From an archaeon (lineage in GTDB: Archaea; AGJL01; Methanococci; Methanococcales; Methanocaldococcaceae), in NCBI GenBank assembly GCA_024278985.1, contig JAJRSC010000020.1, forward strand, positions 1-36,327: DNA of 36,327 nucleotides, read 5' to 3'. Of the stretch, positions 29,981 through 36,327 are shown piece by piece. The translations under genes and the position numbers were made by a program. Positions within the stretch are counted from its first letter, which is position 1, and every line of letters begins with the position of its first letter. The notes beneath the pieces were generated by a model. It did not search any database. It was given only the letters and a program-made list of their open reading frames with translations, and had not been told where the DNA came from.

Positions 29981-30486
29981 TATTTTTTCACATTTATAGC
30001 TTTTCTTTTAACCTCAGAGCCACATACTTCACATTCTCCTTCATAATCAATAGGATATTTCTTTTTACAACCAATACAAACCTTCCTCCAAATAATTTTT
30101 TTATCTGTATTATAGTATATCCCTCTAACCTTTACATTCAACTTTTTAGATACATTATGAATTCCAAAATCATCAGAGATTACTTCTCCATCTAACTCCA
30201 AAGCTAAGGCAATAGTTTTAATATCTGCCTCAGATAACTCTTCACCAAGGTCTTTAACAGTTTTAATTACTTTATCAATAAATTCCTTTTTTGGAGATTT
30301 TATTTTAACCTTTCCTATATTAATTGCCTGGTCAATAATTATTTTATTTGTCTCTATCTCTTCCAAAACTTCTGGAGTTATATAATAATCATCATTATAA
30401 AAAAGAGGATTATATCCATGTATTATTGCAGATGCATCTAAAATTTTAATCTTTTTCTCTGTTTTGTCTGCTGGTGAGAAGAACAA
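29980..30486 (-). CDS. nob1: Nob1-like PIN-domain rRNA maturation endonuclease (start uncertain)
   Basis: [29 protein letters not shown], Zn ribbon CIGC...CEVCG. In-frame TTG at 30486 lies 5 nt after GGTGA. Confidence 0.85.
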   Translation of the reverse strand: MFFSPADKTEKKIKILDASAIIHGYNPLFYNDDYYITPEVLEEIETNKIIIDQAINIGKVKIKSPKKEFIDKVIKTVKDLGEELSEADIKTIALALELDGEVISDDFGIHNVSKKLNVKVRGIYYNTDKKIIWRKVCIGCKKKYPIDYEGECEVCGSEVKRKAINVKK

Positions 30487-31201
30487 GAAGCTCACCAAGG
30501 TCTTTATTAAACTTTTTTTGTAAGTTATTTAATTCCTCTAAGGCAATTGATATCCCAGATAATCCTTTAATATCATGAACAATCTCTTCCTGTTCTTGAG
30601 ATATAGAATCTAATAACTTACTTATTTCAGTAATTTTTTGAATATCAGTTCCTAATAGTTCAGTTCCTTCTTTAACCTTATCAATTACATTTACAACCTC
30701 TCTTAACTGGTTTAATTCTTCCATTATCTCTTCATTAAATTTTCTAATTTTTTTAGTAAGTTCCATTGTTTGATTTGCCATTTTTCTAATTTCATCAGCA
30801 ACAACAGCAAACCCTCTTCCATATTCTTTAGCTCTCTCTGCTTCAATTGAGGCATTTAATGCAACTAAATTGGTATGTTTAGCAACTTTATTAATTTCTT
30901 CACTAATTTCAGAAATATATTTTAGGTTTTCTACAAGCTTGTTAAATTCTTTAGAAAATATTTCTAACTTTTCAAAAAATGGTAAAAAATCATTTCTAAA
31001 TTTTTCAAGTTCATCAACAATTTGAGAAAGTCTTTCAATATTTTGAAGTATAATTTCATTATTTTCTAAGAATTTTTCAGAAATACTTATAGCTAATTCA
31101 TTAATAATTTTAGAAGTTTCCTTATTACCTGCTTCTAATCTAACAGCTCCAGATAATACTTCAGAAGCTTTTATAATTTCTTTTGAAGTATCTGTTTTCA
31201 T
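30446..31201 (-). CDS. Soluble methyl-accepting chemotaxis protein-like signalling protein
   Basis: [34 protein letters not shown] within a coiled-coil hairpin. No TM segment. Confidence 0.88.
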   Translation of the reverse strand: MKTDTSKEIIKASEVLSGAVRLEAGNKETSKIINELAISISEKFLENNEIILQNIERLSQIVDELEKFRNDFLPFFEKLEIFSKEFNKLVENLKYISEISEEINKVAKHTNLVALNASIEAERAKEYGRGFAVVADEIRKMANQTMELTKKIRKFNEEIMEELNQLREVVNVIDKVKEGTELLGTDIQKITEISKLLDSISQEQEEIVHDIKGLSGISIALEELNNLQKKFNKDLGELLVLLTSRQNREKD

Positions 31202-31213
31202 AAATATCTACCT

Positions 31214-31978
31214 TTAGAGCATTATATCAATTCCACATTTTAAATTTTCTAAAAATGTAAAAAATCTATTAACATATTTTCTTGGGATTATTGAACCATG
31301 TTGAGGAACAATAGCCTCAATATCAAAATGTCTAACTCTACTCACCCAATTTTTTAATGCTAAGTTACTTGCCATTAGTCTTTCATGTAAGGTTTTCATA
31401 CATTCTATATGTTTGTCCATATCATCAACTACTAATTGTGGCTTTTCAAGAAAGGCAATTCCTATATCTCCAGTAAATAAAAACTTACTTTTTCTATCAT
31501 ATATAGTAAAATGTCCCGGACTGTGTAAAAAATGAGCTGGAATAAATTCTAATACTGTATTTCCAAATTTTATGGATTCTCCTTCATCTGGAAGAGGATG
31601 AGCAACAGTATCAACATCCTCAAATCCAAAATGTGGTAAAAATCTAATCCATAACCAGCTTGTTACAACTTTTGCATCAGTAATTGCTCTCCAGAGTGGA
31701 ATACTTCCAGCTACATCAGGGTCTTGATGACACATATAAATATATTTTATATTTTTTGGATTTATATATTTTGAAATATTGGATATAACTTTAGGAAATA
31801 TTTTATATCCTCCTGGGTCTAATAAAAAACCTTCCCTCTTGCTAATAATTAAATAACTATTTACATCAACATCTCCAGCTCCAATATAAGTTCCTAAATA
31901 AACAACTTTATAATCCTTATCCTCAAATAAAACATGGTCTTTTCTTGCATCTAACTCAGGGCTTAAATTATATTTCAT
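31214..31978 (-). CDS. MBL-fold oxygen-binding di-iron protein (ODP)-like sensor
   Basis: [42 protein letters not shown]. No flavodoxin domain. Directly upstream of an MCP-like gene. Confidence 0.82.
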   Translation of the reverse strand: MKYNLSPELDARKDHVLFEDKDYKVVYLGTYIGAGDVDVNSYLIISKREGFLLDPGGYKIFPKVISNISKYINPKNIKYIYMCHQDPDVAGSIPLWRAITDAKVVTSWLWIRFLPHFGFEDVDTVAHPLPDEGESIKFGNTVLEFIPAHFLHSPGHFTIYDRKSKFLFTGDIGIAFLEKPQLVVDDMDKHIECMKTLHERLMASNLALKNWVSRVRHFDIEAIVPQHGSIIPRKYVNRFFTFLENLKCGIDIML

Positions 31979-32094
31979 ATTTCCAACCCCACACAGTTCT
32001 TTAATTTATTACATAATATCTTAAAATAATAAAGTATATAACATTTGTTAATGGTATTAAATATTTTTAAGTTAAATATTTTTTTAGTGAAATT

Positions 32095-32742
32095 ATGATA
32101 CTTATAAAAATCGGTGGTTCATTATTATATAATTCAAAAACATTATTAAAAAAACTTAAAGATTTTGCTATTAACTATAATAAAAAAATTGTTATAGTTC
32201 CAGGAGGAGGAATATTTGCAGATGTTGTTAGAGAAGTAGATAAAAATCTTAGGTTATCTCCATCTCTCTCTCATAAATTGGCTATAAAAAGTATGGATTT
32301 TGTTGGGGAGATATACTCAGAATTGGGAAATATAAAAAGTTACTCTACATTGTTTGACTTAAAAAGAGAAATACCTAATGAAAAGATTGGAATTATACTA
32401 CCATCTAAAATTTTGTTGTCTATAGACCTTGCTGAACATAGTTGGAATATAACCTCAGATTCATTAAGTTTATATATAGGGAAGTTATTAAATGTTAAGG
32501 ACATAATTATAGCTACCAATGTAGATGGTATATATAAAAACAATAACCTTTTAAAAGAAGTTAATGCTTCAGAAATTGATGAATGGACATCTGTAGATAT
32601 TGCTTTTCCAAAATTATTAAAAAAGTTTAAAATGAATGCATATATTGTTAATGGTAAATATCCAGAGAGAGTTATTGACATTATAAACAATAAAAACACA
32701 ATATGCACAAAGGTGATAGGTTGGCAAAATATATCTGTATAA
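32095..32742 (+). CDS. mfnE: Amino-acid-kinase family protein, probable methanofuran-pathway kinase
   Basis: IKIGGSL, VPGGG.FAD.VR, HSW.ITSDS, T.VDGIY, SVD..F. Located upstream of the Zn-finger gene and EF-1beta. Confidence 0.8.
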   Translation: MILIKIGGSLLYNSKTLLKKLKDFAINYNKKIVIVPGGGIFADVVREVDKNLRLSPSLSHKLAIKSMDFVGEIYSELGNIKSYSTLFDLKREIPNEKIGIILPSKILLSIDLAEHSWNITSDSLSLYIGKLLNVKDIIIATNVDGIYKNNNLLKEVNASEIDEWTSVDIAFPKLLKKFKMNAYIVNGKYPERVIDIINNKNTICTKVIGWQNISV

Positions 32743-32888
32743 GTTGTAATGCTGAAATTGCTCCAAGAGAAAAAGCAACAAGATTTTTATGTCCAAATTG
32801 TGGAGAACAGGAAATAGTTAGATGTGAAAAATGTAGAAAACTTAACAACCCATACAAATGTCCAAAATGTGGATTTGAAGGACCATAA
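32721..32888 (+). CDS. Small zinc-finger protein (HVO_2753/DUF1610-like)
   Basis: [33 protein letters not shown] start follows AGGTGA. Confidence 0.88.
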   Translation: MAKYICISCNAEIAPREKATRFLCPNCGEQEIVRCEKCRKLNNPYKCPKCGFEGP

Positions 32889-32902
32889 AAAAGGTGAAAA
32901 AA

Positions 32903-33172
32903 ATGGCAGATGTATTAGTTAAATTAAAAGTTATGCCTGTAAGTCCAGAAGTAAATAAAGAAGAATTAAAAGAAAAAGTAAAAAAAGTTTTAGAAGAACA
33001 AGATGTTAAAGTTAGAGGTATATTTGATGAACCTTTAGCATTTGGATTATATACAGTTTATGTTGTTGTTGAAATGGAAGAAAGAGAAGGGGGTACTGAA
33101 CCTTTAGAAAATGCTATTTCTGAATTAAAAGAAGTTGAAAGTGTTGAGACTGTTGAAGTATCTTTAGCATAA
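32903..33172 (+). CDS. ef1b: Elongation factor 1-beta
   Basis: KVMPVSPEV, EPLAFGL, EGGTE..E. Confidence 0.94.
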   Translation: MADVLVKLKVMPVSPEVNKEELKEKVKKVLEEQDVKVRGIFDEPLAFGLYTVYVVVEMEEREGGTEPLENAISELKEVESVETVEVSLA

Positions 33173-33192
33173 AAATTTAAGGTGAGTGAAAC

Positions 33193-33669
33193 ATGGGAAA
33201 ATTAAAATACAAAGTTGAGGCCTCTGAAAGAAGTGCCAAGGCCATGAAAAGAAACGTTCCTATTTCAAGAAAACATGCAAGAGAAATATGTAGAGCAATA
33301 AATGGTATGGATTTAGAAAAAGCAATAGAATATTTAAATGATGTTATTGCATTAAAAAAACCTGTACTATTTAGAAAACACCATGGAAAAGTAGGACATA
33401 GAAAAGGAAAACTTGGATTTTATGCAGGAAGATTTCCAGTTAAAGCAAGTAAGGCAATATTAGAAGTTTTAGAAAATGCTAAAGCAAATGCTGAATATAA
33501 AGGATTAGATGTTTCAAAGTTGTTTATAAAACACATATCAGTTAATAAAGGAATTGTTATTAAAAGATACATGCCAAGAGCTTACGGTAGAGCAACCCCT
33601 AAATTTCAGGAAACAGTTCATATTCAGGTTATTTTAGAAGAAAAAACTGAAGATAGGGGGGAAGAATGA
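33193..33669 (+). CDS. rpl22: 50S ribosomal protein L22
   Basis: [33 protein letters not shown]. Confidence 0.96.
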   Translation: MGKLKYKVEASERSAKAMKRNVPISRKHAREICRAINGMDLEKAIEYLNDVIALKKPVLFRKHHGKVGHRKGKLGFYAGRFPVKASKAILEVLENAKANAEYKGLDVSKLFIKHISVNKGIVIKRYMPRAYGRATPKFQETVHIQVILEEKTEDRGEE

Positions 33670-34307
33670 TTGAGAGAAAATTTATAAATGAAAATGTTAA
33701 AAGAATGTTAATAGATGAATATTTCCAGAAGGAATTGGTAAAAGCAGGTTATAGTCACTGTGAAATAAGAAAAACACCTGTTGGGACTAAAATAACAATA
33801 TATGCAGAAAGACCAGGTTTAGTTATTGGTAGAAGAGGAGCTAAAATAAGAGAATTAACTGAAATTTTAAAAAAGGAGTTTAATGTTGAAAAACCACAAA
33901 TTGATGTTAAACCAGTTGAAAATCCTGACTTAGACGCTCAAGTTGTTGCTGAAAGAATTGCAAGATTATTAGAAAGAGGTCAGCACTTTAGAAGAGTTGG
34001 ACATACAGCTGTTAGAAGAGTTATGGCTGCTGGAGCTAAGGGGGTTGTTGTTATAATCTCAGGAAAATTAACAGGAGAAAGAGCAAGAACAGAGAAATTT
34101 ATGGCTGGATATATGAAACACTGTGGAGAACCTGCTGAGGAGTTAGTTGATAAAGGTAGAGCTATAGCAATGACAAAACCAGGAATTATTGGAGTTACTG
34201 TAAAAATTATGAGACCTGATGTTCTATTACCTGATGAAGTTATTATAAAAGATGAAGTAGAGCATGTTATAGAGGAGGGAGAAAATGGCAATACTCAGAG
34301 CGAATGA
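33666..34307 (+). CDS. rps3: 30S ribosomal protein S3
   Basis: [14 protein letters not shown] (KH domain), [15 protein letters not shown]. Confidence 0.97.
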   Translation: MIERKFINENVKRMLIDEYFQKELVKAGYSHCEIRKTPVGTKITIYAERPGLVIGRRGAKIRELTEILKKEFNVEKPQIDVKPVENPDLDAQVVAERIARLLERGQHFRRVGHTAVRRVMAAGAKGVVVIISGKLTGERARTEKFMAGYMKHCGEPAEELVDKGRAIAMTKPGIIGVTVKIMRPDVLLPDEVIIKDEVEHVIEEGENGNTQSE

Positions 34308-34497
34308 AATTAGAGAGATGACTATAGATGAGATGAAAAAAAAATTAGTAGAATTAAAAAGAGAACTCTTAAAAGAGAGGGCTCATAAGGCATCAGCAGG
34401 AGCTCCAATGAACCCTGGAAGAATGAGAGAGTTAAGAAGGACTATAGCAAGAATATTAACCATAATGAATGAGAAGAAGAGAGAGAGCAAAGTTTAA
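34285..34497 (+). CDS. rpl29: 50S ribosomal protein L29
   Basis: [29 protein letters not shown]. Confidence 0.96.
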   Translation: MAILRANEIREMTIDEMKKKLVELKRELLKERAHKASAGAPMNPGRMRELRRTIARILTIMNEKKRESKV

Positions 34498-34562
34498 ATA
34501 TGTCTCCTAATAATTTTATTAATCAATAACTATAACAATTCTTACAACTAAGAGGTGCAGTA

Positions 34563-34871
34563 ATGCCAGAGATTTGTCCAAGATGTGGATTACCTAAAGA
34601 TTTATGTGTTTGTGAAGAAATAGCAAAAGAATAACAAAAAATAAAAATATACGTTACAAAAAGAAGATTTGGTAAATTAATGACAATACTCGAAGGATTT
34701 GATACAAGTGTTATCGATTTAAAAGAGTTGGCTAAAAAATTAAAAGATATGTGTGCCTGTGGTGGAACAGTTAAAGGAAACACTATTGAACTTCAAGGAG
34801 ACCACAGAAAAAAAGTTGTTGATATACTTGTAAATATGGGCTTTTCAAGAGATTCTATAGAAGTTAGATAA
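34563..34871 (+). pseudogene. Translation initiation factor aIF1/SUI1 with an in-frame TAA at 34632-34634 (probably an error)
   Basis: GAGGTG RBS and ATG 34563: [44 protein letters not shown]...[16 protein letters not shown], all in one frame. Confidence 0.9.
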
Positions 34872-34898
34872 GTTCTCTATTTTTATCTTATGAATAAT

Positions 34899-34937
34899 TG
34901 GGAATGGGATGCCTTTTTTGGGCACACCCCATTCCCA
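34899..34937 (+). other. GC-rich intergenic hairpin upstream of rnp1
   Basis: TGGGAATGGG (34899-34908) pairs with CCCATTCCCA (34928-34937); inner TGCC/GGCA stem. Confidence 0.7.
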
Positions 34938-34954
34938 GATATGAGGATAAAACA

Positions 34955-35239
34955 ATGAATCCAAGAGATATATTAAGGCATGAACTTATTGGACTATTTG
35001 TTGAAGTTGTAGATGCAAAAAATCCCTATTTAAAAGGAATTAAAGGAAGAGTAATAGATGAAACAAGAAATCTTTTAATTGTTGAAAAGGAAAATGGAAA
35101 AATTGTTAAAATTCCAAAAGATATATGTGTTTTCATATTTCACCTTGATAAATGTAAAGTTAAAGTTTTAGGAGAACTTTTAATAGGAAGACCTGAAGAA
35201 AGATTAAAAAAGAAGTTTAAAATTATATATCCCTATTAG
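34955..35239 (+). CDS. rnp1: Ribonuclease P protein component 1 (Rpp29)
   Basis: ILRHELIGL.VEV, GI.GRVIDETRN, IPK, GRPEERLKK. Start at ATG 34955. Confidence 0.94.
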   Translation: MNPRDILRHELIGLFVEVVDAKNPYLKGIKGRVIDETRNLLIVEKENGKIVKIPKDICVFIFHLDKCKVKVLGELLIGRPEERLKKKFKIIYPY

Positions 35240-35298
35240 TAAAGTATATATAACCTTTTCTATTTATTTTTATAGCCAAAATTTGGAGGTAGATAAAT

Positions 35299-35649
35299 AT
35301 GGCAAAAAATATTGGAATAAATGTAAAAGCTCCAGAAAATGAATGTAATGATAAAAATTGTCCTTTCCATGGAAATCTTCCAGTTAGAGGACAAAGTTTT
35401 ATTGGAGTTGTAGTTAGTGATAAAGCCTCTAAAACTGTAATCATAAAAAGAGAAATCATAAAGTATCTTAAAAAATATGAAAGATATGAAAGAAGAAGCT
35501 CAAAATTAGCAGCTCATAATCCTCCATGTATTCATGCAAGAGTTGGGGATATTGTAAGAGTTATGGAATGTAGACCTATAAGTAAAACAAAATCTTTCGT
35601 TGTTGTTGAAAAACTTGGTAGAATAGATGAAATTAAAGGAGAGGAATAG
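35299..35649 (+). CDS. rps17: 30S ribosomal protein S17
   Basis: [30 protein letters not shown]. Confidence 0.97.
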   Translation: MAKNIGINVKAPENECNDKNCPFHGNLPVRGQSFIGVVVSDKASKTVIIKREIIKYLKKYERYERRSSKLAAHNPPCIHARVGDIVRVMECRPISKTKSFVVVEKLGRIDEIKGEE

Positions 35650-35658
35650 GTGGAGTAA

Positions 35659-36057
35659 ATGAAAGCTATAGCATCAAAACCATCAAGAGGTCTTCCTGTT
35701 GGGGCAAGATGTGTCTGTGCAGATAACACAGGAGCTAAAGAAGTTCAAATTATTGCAGTTAAAACATACAAAGGAGTAGCAAGTAGATTACCATCTGCTG
35801 GAGTTGGGGATATGGTTATAGTTACAGTAAAAAAAGGAACTCCAGAAATGAGAAAACAAGTACTTCCAGCAGTTATTATTAGACAAAGAAAAGAAATAAA
35901 AAGACCTGATGGAACAAGAGTTAAGTTTTATGATAATGCTGTTGTTATAGTAACTCCAGATGGAAATCCAAAAGGTTCTGATATTAAAGGACATGTTGCA
36001 AAAGAAGCTGCTGAAAGATGGCCTGGTATTGCAAGAATTGCTAAAATAATAGTATAA
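35659..36057 (+). CDS. rpl14: 50S ribosomal protein L14
   Basis: [30 protein letters not shown]. Confidence 0.97.
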   Translation: MKAIASKPSRGLPVGARCVCADNTGAKEVQIIAVKTYKGVASRLPSAGVGDMVIVTVKKGTPEMRKQVLPAVIIRQRKEIKRPDGTRVKFYDNAVVIVTPDGNPKGSDIKGHVAKEAAERWPGIARIAKIIV

Positions 36058-36067
36058 GGTGGAAATT

Positions 36068-36327
36068 ATGGCATTTACTAAATCAAAACAACCAAGAAAA
36101 CAGAGAAAGGCATTATTTAATGCTCCTCAGCATTTAAGAAAAAAAGTTATGAGAGCAATGCTTTCAAAGGAATTAAAAGAAAAATTAGGAAAAAATGCTA
36201 TAACTGTTAGAAAGGGAGATGTTGTTAGAATAATGAGAGGAGATTTTAAAGGATTAGAAGGAGAGGTAATAAAAGTTGATTATAAAAGATATAGAATTTT
36301 TGTAGAAGGAGCAAACAACAAAAAACA
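36068..36327 (+). CDS. rpl24: 50S ribosomal protein L24 (3' partial)
   Basis: Manual translation: [20 protein letters not shown]...[21 protein letters not shown]...; runs off the window end. Confidence 0.95.
   Translation, partial: MAFTKSKQPRKQRKALFNAPQHLRKKVMRAMLSKELKEKLGKNAITVRKGDVVRIMRGDFKGLEGEVIKVDYKRYRIFVEGANNKK

Noticed and set aside
32095-33669. r-protein operon starting at L22 behind EF-1beta instead of after L3-L4-L23-L2-S19
   Set aside because: As far as I recall this split is the normal Methanococcales arrangement, so it is not novel.
34899-34937. Hairpin considered as a SECIS element
   Set aside because: Its GAA is fully paired rather than in a GAA/A internal loop, no in-frame TGA gene is nearby, and the aIF1 stop is TAA.
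34898-34954. N-terminal extension of Rnp1 (MGMGCLFWAHPIPR...)
   Set aside because: It is the translation of the intergenic hairpin; a GAGGA RBS precedes ATG 34955.
538-35994. Short antisense or overlapping ORFs in the track (538-741, 1666-1863, 3876-4088, 5548-5736, 12481-12672, 14573-14872, 20385-20624, 22972-23208, 25208-25393, 26946-27572, 28254-28775, 29480-29665, 32340-32708, 33980-34291, 34523-34783, 35223-35459, 35532-35729, 35788-35994)
   Set aside because: They are shadows of well-supported genes on the opposite strand, with Ser/Phe/Ile-rich antisense composition and no motifs.
1-36327. CRISPR arrays, IS elements, inteins, rRNA genes
   Set aside because: No spaced direct repeats, transposase or integrase motifs, oversized proteins or long GC-rich structural RNA were seen apart from the four tRNAs.

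Overview
AT-rich, gene-dense archaeal DNA with GGTGA-type ribosome-binding sites. The gene content (cofD, mfnE, cdhC, psmA, gatD, archaeal r-proteins) points to a hyperthermophilic methanogen of the Methanococcales, most likely Methanocaldococcus-like; the species cannot be fixed from the sequence alone. Most of the window is housekeeping: LonB, GatD, HemC, CbiG, a Phe-Asn-Ile2-Glu tRNA operon, ArgD, pelota, TFS, NadC, L40e (missed by the ORF track), Tsr3, HisG, Nob1, EF-1beta and the L22-L24 r-protein operon. Accessory items: (1) a lipoprotein alkaline phosphatase followed by a decayed TOBE/Mop fragment; (2) a stand-alone pstS that shares an identically spaced promoter motif (CTAAATAG-N5-TTTATAT) with the phosphatase; (3) a two-gene module of an ODP-like di-iron sensor and a soluble chemoreceptor whose hairpin tip is altered; (4) a small Gly/Arg-rich metal-binding gene pair behind a palindromic operator candidate; (5) a class III signal peptide gene plus archaeosortase D with no adjacent target. 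dnaG is frameshifted and aIF1/SUI1 has an in-frame TAA; both may be sequencing errors. No CRISPR array, IS element, intein or rRNA gene was seen. All family calls come from motif recognition and memory, not database searches.
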